Virus record (IMG/VR): IMGVR_UViG_3300025141_017118
Coordinates: 38,121 to 102,120 of that record
Direction: 5' to 3' (one strand)
Length of the DNA: 64,000 nucleotides
DNA from: a virus
Shown here: piece after piece, positions 27,915 to 38,300 of the stretch
How the letters are laid out: every line of letters starts with the position of its first letter
Numbering within the stretch: position 1 is the first letter of the stretch
Program-made: the position numbers and the translations under genes
Notes under the pieces: model-generated
What the model saw: only the letters and a program-made list of their open reading frames with translations
Databases searched by the model: none
What the model was told of the DNA's origin: nothing

Positions 27915-28478
27915 TCAGGGCAACTTTAGGCCTGATTTTGTAATGACGTATGCATCTGCCATGTCGTATGCACATGGGTCTAAAAGTTCGAATCCCTTTC
28001 GGGGGCCTGACTTTAAGATCTTTATTGGCCACGGATATGTTATGCCTAGTGTAGTAAGATCTTTATCAACCCACTCAAATATTTGCTGTTTCGTGGGGGC
28101 ACCACCCTTGCTTTTACGGACTAGTTTGATGCCTAGTCCCTTCCTTGCAGCATTAACATTAATATGCACTGGTTCTACCCCAAAAGTCTCATATGAAATT
28201 AATGAAACCACACCGTTGAAGCGTGCGAGGGTTGAAAGTGTTTGAGCTGATGAAAATCCCCTTCGAAAGGACTGTAGATTTTCTTCTATATACACACGAT
28301 TAAACTTATATTGTTTTGATAATTCATCAATTTTTTGTCTAACGGTATCAGCCTTACGATAAAATCCCTTAATTTTTGATAGTTCTATTGCGCCCATATC
28401 CACAAACTCATGTTTGTCGTTAAAGACTGACCATCCTGTACATGCGGTCGAAACATCTAGACCTAGAATAAAATTCAT
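27915..28478 (-). CDS. RuvC-like Holliday junction resolvase
   Basis: ILGLDVSTACTG, VYIEE and DMADAY acidic catalytic motifs of the RNase H/RuvC fold. Confidence 0.85.
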   Translation of the reverse strand: MNFILGLDVSTACTGWSVFNDKHEFVDMGAIELSKIKGFYRKADTVRQKIDELSKQYKFNRVYIEENLQSFRRGFSSAQTLSTLARFNGVVSLISYETFGVEPVHINVNAARKGLGIKLVRKSKGGAPTKQQIFEWVDKDLTTLGITYPWPIKILKSGPRKGFELLDPCAYDMADAYVITKSGLKLP

Positions 28479-31198
28479 TAAAAATCTATCTTAATTCTAA
28501 ACATATAATGATCATCATCTCTCTTTACAGCCGGCTGTGCGAGATTTGTCCTTGCTAAAACATTTAAATTGTCATCATGAAAGTTTAGGCCGGTTATATA
28601 AACAAAGTCTTTTGCTGTTTCATTTGCATAATCAGTTGGTGCCAGTTTTCGGTATGTAGGATTGGATGATGAATTAATCATTCCTTTGTTGCAAGGCACC
28701 ATTATTTCCAAGATGTGTATATTTCTTTCACCCTGAAAGAATGTGTGAAAGCCGCGGCGTGCAAAGTCTTTGAGATGAGGTGACAAGATCACCGGCGCGC
28801 CCTCATTATATAATAGCGAACCTACACAGTTCCACACCGCGGGTGGGGTTGCAGAATCAGCGCGGTAAAGACCACCTTTTTCATTGTCACGCAACGTCAT
28901 CTCCAGTGTATTAATCCACTTTGCGGTTCTAGTTAGTTTAGTTGTTCCCAATGTTCCCCTCACCTTAAAAGATCCAGGTTTTATCCTGTCACCATAAAAC
29001 AGGTTAGGTACATTAAAAAATACACATGAAGGGGAAGATGTATCTGCAGTCTGTGATGGAATAGCCGGCCATATATCTTTATTCACCTTCGTAAGGTTGC
29101 CATCTTCTACAATTCCCATATAAAATGGAGTTACACCATGTAATTCATTGTACATAGACTTGGCAACCGTCGATGACATTCCCCCTAAGAGATCAATAGC
29201 TTCCAGCTGTGCACTAACTGTGGCTTGATAGTTTGGGTTAAGATAGATAAAGTCTGATAGATTTATATATGAGAGATCCATATGGCCCAAGCCGTTCGTA
29301 TATTTGTCTAGCGCAGAGCCACTCTGAGGCGTCAAGAGTAAGGTTGAATTATATATGGGGTCGTATTTAGACGTAGGGGGTGAATACGTTCCGGTCAACA
29401 GTAAGACAAAGTTCGGCCGAAAAAGGCCGTTGTCACAAGGAAGGACTGTCAAATTACGCTTATTAACAATCTTCCCGTTTGCCGCCGTATCACCACCCAG
29501 AATGAAACTTAACGTAAATTTATTAAAACCTTCACCATCTGGCATGACAACGGCAGGGTTACGTTTAGGCGTTTGAAGCTTGTATAATCGTGGCCACTCT
29601 CCACGAACAAACTCACGTACGAAGTTCTCCAGATTAATATCATGAATATTTGTAATGGAGCTCATCCTAGAATTAATAGGGTTTATTGTTCTTCCATACC
29701 CGTCTGTATAGTTGAAGGGATCTTCTAGTATTTTTCTATTCCTTGAATCTTTTACAAAGAAAGGAGGGAGATAAAACATAAGCTCGGGATTGGTAGCAGA
29801 AGAAAGCTCGGCAGGGGCATCATGACTTTGTGTTACAACTGCCCTAGGGCCGTTTGCATATGCGTCTTTAATATCATCAGAACTTAAATGTTTTTTATAG
29901 ATTCGGACCTCATGAACTTCAGCATTCAGTGGGTGTTGCAGGCTTACGTTGGAGGGATCAGATGTATAATTTGTATCCGGATCCGGACTTAGTCCCTCTC
30001 GTGTTGCGATCGTAGTATTAAAAAATCTTGAAATCTCGCTATTATCTGATCCTCTATTTCCACCTTCATAAAAATTTCCAACAAAGAGAGCATCAGGATT
30101 TCTCAAATGACTTTTTGCTCCATGAGGATCGGGAATTGTTTCCAGAGTCGGCAAAATAACATTACTCTGTGTCACCACAAACGACGCATCTTTCTTACCA
30201 TCTATATAAAATGAGCCCGTCCCTGCATTTACATTTTTTCCTCCCCATGTTAGCGCGACATGGTGCCAATGATTAAACTTAAGGGAGTTATCACTTGACA
30301 AAAACACTAGAGCCTGATCCGGGGATCCTGCGGGTCGTTCATCATTTGCTATTGTAAGATCCACCGATGAGGGAGGGATGGTCGCAGACTGGCTTAACTG
30401 AAGTAGTATCCTATAGCCATCCGGATTATTTCTTACATCTACACTACTTCCGGTTACTAGCGATACCGCATAGCAGGATGACATATGCATAATGGTTCCT
30501 GCGTGAAATTCACCTCTTTTAGTAGAAGTGATCCCATCCAACTTATTGTACCGGGGATTGATCCAAAAGCTAAAGCCAAACTTGTCACGTTGTGGACGAT
30601 AGGGAGCGTCAAACCTTGTTGCCTGCTTTGTTGGATCGCCATCGACTGATCTTGTGGGTGCAGGATATATTAACGCTGAGTCTGAGGGCACGTTTGACGC
30701 CGTGAAAAAATTAAGACAATTATAATTGTTATATGCCCATTGAACATCCGGGTACGGGACCTTGTAGTCTTTAAATGTCACATTCCTTGCGTTTAGCTTA
30801 AAAGAACTACTTATAGAAGTAAGAGGGGTTGAAATATTTCGTGTAAGAATCTTATATTGATGCTTCCTCTCACTGATTGGAGCCTTGCCTATCACACCCC
30901 AATAAAACAATACCTCCTCGGTCAGATTAGTTTTGGATGGAGTCTCCCCCTCTGCCTCTTTTTTTGCAACGAATAACTGCTTTGCAGCCTCGAATATATT
31001 TGTTACAGGACTTGATCCTACAGGACCTTCTGCGCCGTAAGTCACATCAGTTGTCTTTTCCGTGGCAGATCTTTCAACATAGACCGGGATGGCCCCGGAA
31101 ACTATACCACGCTCAGATGTCCACTCAAAAGAACGGCTTACATAAGTCGTTAATGATGAATTATCAAAATTTTCTTTCCCAAGACGGATGATAGCCAT
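28478..31198 (-). CDS. Tail/baseplate structural protein with LamG (concanavalin A-like) domain
   Basis: FSFWINP, WHHVALTW, FYIDG, EVRIY LamG motifs; C-terminus homologous to that of 31229..32491. Confidence 0.65.
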   Translation of the reverse strand: MAIIRLGKENFDNSSLTTYVSRSFEWTSERGIVSGAIPVYVERSATEKTTDVTYGAEGPVGSSPVTNIFEAAKQLFVAKKEAEGETPSKTNLTEEVLFYWGVIGKAPISERKHQYKILTRNISTPLTSISSSFKLNARNVTFKDYKVPYPDVQWAYNNYNCLNFFTASNVPSDSALIYPAPTRSVDGDPTKQATRFDAPYRPQRDKFGFSFWINPRYNKLDGITSTKRGEFHAGTIMHMSSCYAVSLVTGSSVDVRNNPDGYRILLQLSQSATIPPSSVDLTIANDERPAGSPDQALVFLSSDNSLKFNHWHHVALTWGGKNVNAGTGSFYIDGKKDASFVVTQSNVILPTLETIPDPHGAKSHLRNPDALFVGNFYEGGNRGSDNSEISRFFNTTIATREGLSPDPDTNYTSDPSNVSLQHPLNAEVHEVRIYKKHLSSDDIKDAYANGPRAVVTQSHDAPAELSSATNPELMFYLPPFFVKDSRNRKILEDPFNYTDGYGRTINPINSRMSSITNIHDINLENFVREFVRGEWPRLYKLQTPKRNPAVVMPDGEGFNKFTLSFILGGDTAANGKIVNKRNLTVLPCDNGLFRPNFVLLLTGTYSPPTSKYDPIYNSTLLLTPQSGSALDKYTNGLGHMDLSYINLSDFIYLNPNYQATVSAQLEAIDLLGGMSSTVAKSMYNELHGVTPFYMGIVEDGNLTKVNKDIWPAIPSQTADTSSPSCVFFNVPNLFYGDRIKPGSFKVRGTLGTTKLTRTAKWINTLEMTLRDNEKGGLYRADSATPPAVWNCVGSLLYNEGAPVILSPHLKDFARRGFHTFFQGERNIHILEIMVPCNKGMINSSSNPTYRKLAPTDYANETAKDFVYITGLNFHDDNLNVLARTNLAQPAVKRDDDHYMFRIKIDF

Positions 31199-31228
31199 GT
31201 CACCTATCTTCTCCCATGGCCTACCCCA

Positions 31229-32491
31229 CTAAAAGTCTAGTCTGACTCTAAAAGAGATATCTCTTTCGTCATTTTTCTCTATGGGGCGTGAAAACTTTGC
31301 AACAGCCAGTAGATCCCCTGCAGCATCATACAACCCTATACCCGTTGGCATCGTAAATGTACGCTGTACATTCTCTTGACCATCTTCTATCACCACTATC
31401 CTGTTTGAACTATCAGTGAATGTTGGATTGGAAGAATAATTAAATTCGTTTGCGGGCGCCCGGCAGAAAATTAATGTAGAATTAATGTTCGTCTGATTTT
31501 GAAATGTCATTGCCGTTAATGTACCAGATTGAAATCTGGTTGATGCAAAATAATCAACAATATCATCAATGGATGCGGATACTAATAGGTCTGGTACTAG
31601 CTTTGCCTTGGAGTTACCATATCCGGTCGCACCCAAGACAACCTTCCCCGCAGGAATTGTTGCGCCGTTATACGTGTGTGATGTTGCCATAGCTGATATT
31701 GTTCCGGACATTTGTTGTGATCCAGAAAAGACTTTGTCAATATCAAGAACTGCGATGCCTTTATCATAGAATACAAGGCCCACCTTATTTGATGTATTAG
31801 AAGCATCTACCAGGGTACCCCACTCCCCACCATAAGCTACACGAGCTTTATTTGCGGCGGCACCCAAATCTGTAATTATCTTTGAGCCCGTTATGCTAGT
31901 AATGTGCACATTATCCTGTCCACCGGCTGCTATGGCGGGACCAGAGTAATCTTCATCTTTATGACAATACGCACCGGTAGCATAAATACGCATACCTAAT
32001 GTCTCTCTCTTTAGCTTGTCTCTAGAGAAGAGCCTCTTTACAGAAAAGAATAATGCATTATTGATAACGTCGGTCGCTGAAGTCGATGTGAGCGGCGCGG
32101 CGAATGATAACCCAGCATCACCACGAAGCAACTGTGCAAATTGTCGGTAAACATTTATTTTTTCTCTCATCATCAAAGACTCAGAGGGAAATAATATTTT
32201 GCCGGCAGAGTCGATGCTGGATGATGAATTCATGACAACAGATGAACTGATATAAAGACCTACAGTCATATCCATCGTTGGGTTTGCGGTCTGTAAAGTA
32301 AAATCCTGGTCAAATATAGTTTGGAAAAGAGAGGATGTCACACCTGGCCCAATTCCACCGGTAACAAAGACCTGGTATTTCTTGCGTGTAGATGAACCGG
32401 ATATATCTGACTGTGGAAAATCTACTAACTGATTTAAGACTGACCTTGAACTTTTAATATCAGCCGATGATAACTCTTTATAGTTTGCCAT
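31229..32491 (-). CDS. Tail/baseplate structural protein
   Basis: C-terminal NYSSNPTF...TGIGLYDAAGDLLAVAKFSRPIEK...FRVRLDF; structural-module context. Confidence 0.6.
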   Translation of the reverse strand: MANYKELSSADIKSSRSVLNQLVDFPQSDISGSSTRKKYQVFVTGGIGPGVTSSLFQTIFDQDFTLQTANPTMDMTVGLYISSSVVMNSSSSIDSAGKILFPSESLMMREKINVYRQFAQLLRGDAGLSFAAPLTSTSATDVINNALFFSVKRLFSRDKLKRETLGMRIYATGAYCHKDEDYSGPAIAAGGQDNVHITSITGSKIITDLGAAANKARVAYGGEWGTLVDASNTSNKVGLVFYDKGIAVLDIDKVFSGSQQMSGTISAMATSHTYNGATIPAGKVVLGATGYGNSKAKLVPDLLVSASIDDIVDYFASTRFQSGTLTAMTFQNQTNINSTLIFCRAPANEFNYSSNPTFTDSSNRIVVIEDGQENVQRTFTMPTGIGLYDAAGDLLAVAKFSRPIEKNDERDISFRVRLDF

Positions 32492-32502
32492 TTAAATTCC
32501 TA

Positions 32503-33219
32503 TTAACTCTTCGATATCTGTACTTCAAGTGTCTTTTGCGCGCCTGAAGCTGTTCCTGTGACCTGTATATATGTTGTAATAATCTCCTTATTTGAAGTAT
32601 TACCAAAGGTTGTATACTGGGCATCAGTTATTGATCTTGTTTGAATTTGTAATGTTAGCCTGGATCCTCTTTTCGATGTTGTCTCGTTGTCCCTAGTAAG
32701 CAAATAAGTTGCCATCTGGTCCTGGTCCAAGCTCTGTGGGGGTACAAGCCTACCCTTTTTCGCTAGTTTGATAAACTGATCATTACATGTAACAATAAAT
32801 GACTGATCAGTCAATTCGGGATCAATAATATTTTCATTCTTAATATCTTGTTCCCATGTAACCGACTTTGTATTTGAAGTGCCTATTTGGCCTCTAGTCA
32901 TTGCCAATTGATCGGATGTTGTACTCAATGATAGACTTGGTAATCGAATGAGTGTAGGATTACTAACGCCCAATAATTTATGACTAATCGCTAAATTAGC
33001 GTGGGTTTGTGCTTCCATGACAGGTGTATTTTTTATTATCTTCTCTTTTCCCACAGTTCTGCCAAATTGCTTAACAATGGTATAGTCTACCTCTTCGTCC
33101 GTGAAAGCAAACTTTACTATGGAAAAAGATCCATCATTTCTCGACAACGCCTGTCGACCCTTATCCGTTAAAACTGCATCAACGATTATATTATTTGTTG
33201 ACTGATCAAGAAAGCCCAT
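32503..33219 (-). CDS. Tail/baseplate structural protein
   Basis: AGGAG SD; N-terminal MGFLD....IVDAVLTDKGRQALS......IVKFAFTD, similar to 43515..44912. Confidence 0.6.
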   Translation of the reverse strand: MGFLDQSTNNIIVDAVLTDKGRQALSRNDGSFSIVKFAFTDEEVDYTIVKQFGRTVGKEKIIKNTPVMEAQTHANLAISHKLLGVSNPTLIRLPSLSLSTTSDQLAMTRGQIGTSNTKSVTWEQDIKNENIIDPELTDQSFIVTCNDQFIKLAKKGRLVPPQSLDQDQMATYLLTRDNETTSKRGSRLTLQIQTRSITDAQYTTFGNTSNKEIITTYIQVTGTASGAQKTLEVQISKS

Positions 33220-33239
33220 TCAATTCTCCTATCATGATG

Positions 33240-33247
33240 ATAAATAG
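33240..33247 (-). promoter_or_regulatory. Candidate late promoter element (CTATTTAT)
   Basis: Recurring motif ~21 nt upstream of 33219. Confidence 0.45.
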
Positions 33248-33295
33248 TAACTCACATAATATTTTCATAAACTTATTTTTACATAAAAAAATATC

Positions 33296-35320
33296 TCATG
33301 ATCTCAAGTCGTGTATTTTAATGGGTATTACCCTTGTTTTCTGTAAATCTAAGTTTGTTACTTGCATTAAGTATTGTGGTCCTTTTGTTAATTCCGCACC
33401 TTCTTCAGCATCGTTACCCGGATCTTCACCTAATCCACTACTATTAAATAGAACATGACGCAAGTCGGTTACACCATTCATGAGTTGTAACTGCCTAGGG
33501 CTTAAGGAAAGAAGAATTCCTCCTTCAGCGGGAGGGGAGCATTTGATTAAGTCTTCAGTTACGTTAACATTCTCCCCGGTAAACTCACTATATTTTTTTA
33601 TGTAAAGATTCGGGTACGCTTTCGGCGCGCCGGAAGGCGAAACTAGCCTCACTACTAGTTCATTCTTATACTCATCAAACTTCACTACAAATTGTTGTGA
33701 ATAGGGTGATGAATTTCCATGAGCGTCAATTGCAACAATTGCATATATGAATTTCGATTTTTTGGTAAATTCTAAATCAGTGAATAGCGTCTTTGGCCAT
33801 GGCATTTTTTCACGCAATGACGATCTAATAAACTCATTGCGAGGGAATGGTTTAATTGCATCGTTAAAATCATATTCTCTAATCAGCTGAAATGGATGCC
33901 AAAATTTCTCCCTACGAAATACTTGAAAATACTTTACATCTCTCTCAGGTGTAACAGGAAAATCCCACTCTATGTTTAATAGGTTACTACCATAATCCCA
34001 GATAAACCTGATCGTTGAAGGTGCGGATGGTGCTCCGGTGACCTCCCTGGGATCTGTTGTTACCGTCTTAATTGAGCCTGGTTTTGATGCCCATAGGTAT
34101 TTTACCAAATAAGTTCCGCCGCTCTCCGGGTCTGGCAGTAGTGTTGAAAATATAGCAACAGAGCGAATTGCATATTCATAAGTGGCTCCGCACCTTATTC
34201 TAGAGTCTAGGCCCTGGGTTGTGTTAGGATTTCCAAAGACGATGGTTTTTCTTCGAACTCTCTCACCAGTCGCTAGCTTTTCAAACTTCTCACAAATATA
34301 TCCTATATGCTCTATACTTGTTGAAATACTTGAGTTTCCAGAAACATGTTCAACATCAAAAATTCTTCCCCTTTGATTGGCCAATTCCTCCACGTCCAAA
34401 TTAATTTCATAATCATGATAACCCGGGGCAGTCTCGGCTTTTGATCGAACGTCGGTCTGTATCTTGAATGATGTCTTCAAATCCCTGGAGATTGCAGCTG
34501 AAAATGGGGCGTTTGCCATGCTACTGCCTGCCATCATGATGTCGCCCATAAACTTTGCATTTATTTGTGTATACAAATTAACACTGGCCAGGTCTTCATA
34601 CATATTCTCACCGGCCCGTATATTAAGATCTGAGTCTAAATAACTGGTGCCCCCCTTGTCAATCTCTTGAAGTGCTGCCCAGGCCATGTCAAAATATGTT
34701 GCACTTATTCCGGCAGATTGATCAAAACCCTCTACTAACGGCTCTCCAAAGTTACCGCCTTGTTTTACCGATGAGGCATTAATATATTTTGATGATATAT
34801 TGGTAAAACTGCCTCCCATTATTCTCTGTAGTTCCTTCACCTCTCTAGCCATTTGTAGGGCTAAGTTATTAGGCTGTAGTGCTACAGAAACAAACTGATT
34901 ATTGGGTGTAGTCCCTACGGATGAGTCATCTAACATATTTCCCATATGTGCACGAATCAATTGTTCATAATTCTCAGCTTCAGCGATAGTTGACAAACTC
35001 TTTGTCTGGTTCCAGGGCGCGTTGGAAGTAATAGTGGGCTTAGAAAAACTAAGCTGAATATATCTTGGGACCTGTGTTTTAACACTATACATGTACGAAT
35101 TCTCTGACATTAAAGGTGATGGTGAATATGCACCGTCACCATTTGAGAATGCGTTTATAATCTTATCTTCCTCTTCTAAGAGAACACTGTATCCTGAAAA
35201 ATTTTCTGACTCATCCGGTGTAAAGAAACTGTATACAAATTTCATTGTTACGTCCGTAGGGGGAGGTAACATGCAAAAATTAACAGGTAAAGAAGGGGTG
35301 GTGATTTTTGTTTGAAACAT
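33296..35320 (-). CDS. Large putative virion protein with fibronectin type III-like domain(s)
   Basis: PSAP...LNIEWDFP...YFQVFRR...FTD...FIYAIVAIDAHGNSSPYS; AGGAG SD. Confidence 0.6.
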   Translation of the reverse strand: MFQTKITTPSLPVNFCMLPPPTDVTMKFVYSFFTPDESENFSGYSVLLEEEDKIINAFSNGDGAYSPSPLMSENSYMYSVKTQVPRYIQLSFSKPTITSNAPWNQTKSLSTIAEAENYEQLIRAHMGNMLDDSSVGTTPNNQFVSVALQPNNLALQMAREVKELQRIMGGSFTNISSKYINASSVKQGGNFGEPLVEGFDQSAGISATYFDMAWAALQEIDKGGTSYLDSDLNIRAGENMYEDLASVNLYTQINAKFMGDIMMAGSSMANAPFSAAISRDLKTSFKIQTDVRSKAETAPGYHDYEINLDVEELANQRGRIFDVEHVSGNSSISTSIEHIGYICEKFEKLATGERVRRKTIVFGNPNTTQGLDSRIRCGATYEYAIRSVAIFSTLLPDPESGGTYLVKYLWASKPGSIKTVTTDPREVTGAPSAPSTIRFIWDYGSNLLNIEWDFPVTPERDVKYFQVFRREKFWHPFQLIREYDFNDAIKPFPRNEFIRSSLREKMPWPKTLFTDLEFTKKSKFIYAIVAIDAHGNSSPYSQQFVVKFDEYKNELVVRLVSPSGAPKAYPNLYIKKYSEFTGENVNVTEDLIKCSPPAEGGILLSLSPRQLQLMNGVTDLRHVLFNSSGLGEDPGNDAEEGAELTKGPQYLMQVTNLDLQKTRVIPIKIHDLRS

Positions 35321-35332
35321 AAGTTAACTCTC

Positions 35333-38300
35333 CTACACGAGCTCTATATAACAATAGTATTGATCAAAAGAAACTATTTCTTCAGTCGTAATTGGATAAA
35401 GCGACTCGGCTTCATTACCATAATTAGGCATCTGTACTTGCGCGCCCTGGTTTAACAAGTACATACCACCTGCCGCCGTTCCCGTTATTGCGCCCATCCC
35501 TTGTAGCGTCTCGATTGTATCTTGAGGAGTATTTACTAAATCTATTCTCCACCGATCAATATCAATTGGTATTAAGAATGTCCTGTCAAATACCAAGGGA
35601 ACCTGATGCTTGAGAGTATAAGTCTTTTTCAAAAACGGCATGCCGGCTATCATCCTAAACATTCTCACCTCGGCCTCATTTATCATACCGGCATTTATTT
35701 CATTTGTCAAATCAGCCACGGTCTTTACACGAAAGTGTGTACCAGTGCCGTCTGGAAGTGATCCTCCAGGTGCGTTGACACCGGGTTCAACCATATCCAC
35801 CGGCAATAACTTCCCGGTGGATAGATATTTCTTATCCTCAGCACTAAATGTAGCATATGCATCAGTTAAGTACTTAAGCCCAAGTTCTGATATCCATACA
35901 TCATTTAATGAAGAATACTTGCTTGGCATAAAAACACCTTCATCAAATCGGACGCCAAACCCTGTACGGTAATAAAGTTTTAACAATCTATCCCGAAAAT
36001 GATTCAAGAGCATCCCCCTGATCTCTCTCTTATTCTGAAATGTGCCAGGCTGACCGCCAAGTCGAGCATATGGGCCCTCTGTAGCCTGCTTGTGATTGGG
36101 TGTACCCCCCCAGTATCCCTGCTCAACAACCGATTTAAATTGTCGACCGGAGGGGGTGAAACAACCCTCCCAGTCAGGCTCATCTTGAACTGCATACGGA
36201 CGCAAGGTGGGATCTCGCCGTTCGGCAAGGACCTTTCCTAAATGCTCAAACTCTCCCTGTGCCATTGGCGCTTCACCAGGTGATGCCGGCATTTCGGGGA
36301 GAGCAATTTGTCCGGTTGCAGACGATAGGTAGTAGGAAAAATTATATGGTAAAAAGACACACATATCATATGAGAAACGTTGGGTCTCAAATACAATTTC
36401 ATCATAGAGCATTGATTTTCTAACAACATTTACTCGAATGACCGTTGACTGGGATTCATCGGCAAGATTATTTTTTGCAGCAAGATCTGTACCCACTAAC
36501 TCCTGACTGCTATGATTTTGTTGGGCATCACGTAACTGTTCAATCAGGCCGGGTGGTATACCCACTGCAAGTACTTTTACGTTTCCGCCCCGGGGGAACT
36601 CAAGTTCAGGGTCGCTATAAAGCATATGCATTGCCCATGAATTTTGACCAAAATATGGGGCGCCTTGGCCAAGGGAGGGTGACTTAAGATCATGCTCGCC
36701 ATTGACATATTCATCCGGGCTAAACCAGCGATATGGATCATTTTCGAATGTATATTGTGGATTATGGCCGATGAGCGGGGTTCGTAGGCCTTGAGAACCT
36801 AAAATAGACGAACGATATGCCAGGTTTTCTCGTGTGATTCCCTTATACACATCTTTTTCAAAATCTTGTTGCTCAGACAGCCTATAAGAAGCATATGAGG
36901 AAACTTCATCTGGCTTAGTCTCAAGAAAGCTTTCATACGTAGTTCCTATATCACACAAGTCTTTGGCATATTTTTCTAATATACTCAAGCCCATATTGCC
37001 GGCATCAACCTCACTAAACATTAGTTCAAAAGGCGCATTAAGTTCTGACCACCCACGGTGGTCTGCAGTTATGTTGGCAATTGTTATGGCGGCTTTTTTA
37101 CCCCCGTTAATCTTTTCTTCCGATAATATGCCTGCCGACTCATCCATGGATGTAGAGCCAGCGCTAGAGTACCCTGTAAGATTTTCCTGTGTAAAGAACT
37201 CTCCATTCTCGAACCAAAACAAATCAGGATTAGGTGACTCACGGCCTGTTCGAACCCTACGAATATAGTCTATATAAAGTGCTAGTTGCCTTGCTAACTC
37301 TGGGTTGCAATAGTAGACGTGGTGTTCTTGTTCACCCGCTAGATCCCAATATTGATCCAGTGCTTCCTGGGCCCATGAGGTAACTGGGGAGTGAGCTCCT
37401 AATACGTCTAAAAACATCTCAAAAACCAGATATAATAAGGCATTCTCATCTAGGCCGTGCCACCGGGTGCACTTTGCAGCACCGGTTATTGTATTTGATT
37501 GCCCATTGAAAGCACCTGCACCTTGTGCTAAACTGTCCCATGTATCAGATGTGTCGGGACCGGCCAGGATTAAATTTGCCCCAAATTGCGCACTAAAAAC
37601 GGTACCGGCGTTCACACTAGAATACCAAGCTTTAGTATCTAGATCAGTAGCTAGGGGCTGGGGCTTGTTTATAGAATTGGCATTTGCAGCGCGTTGTTGA
37701 AGGTATAAGCATGCATCAATTATTACGTCAAATATATTTACATCATCGGAATCATCTGTACCGGCACCGGAGACTGCTTGTATTAGCTTGGTCCGGATAT
37801 TTGTGTATGTCACATTTGTTAACAGTTGTGTAGCCACAACTTTATCAAGTTTATATGCCGGCGTACCCTGAAAAACTACAATCGGTTCGGTTATCTTCAA
37901 AGACTCATCAGCATAGTGGTTCGCTGCAACATCTTTCATATAACCAGCATACAGTTCGGAATCTTTTATGGACGGATCACCCACTTGACCACTTATAATC
38001 TCGGCCAACATGTTGGCTACAATCCCAACCTTTGAAGAACTTGAATCAACGGGAATAATTTTTCCACTTGAGTCTACAAGCGCGTATGGCGCATCCCATG
38101 AATTTAGTCCAGTAACACCGACGTTTGAAACATTGGGATGCAATCGATACCATTCAAGTTGATCATCTCCGTCTTGAGCGCGCTTTGCGAGACGTTTATC
38201 TCTACGTGCTAACAACAATTGAAACAACATAGACTTTGCGTTGGAGTCATTTGTTTCTGATCTTGTGTAGGCTACCCTAAATGCCTCTGTCATGTACACC

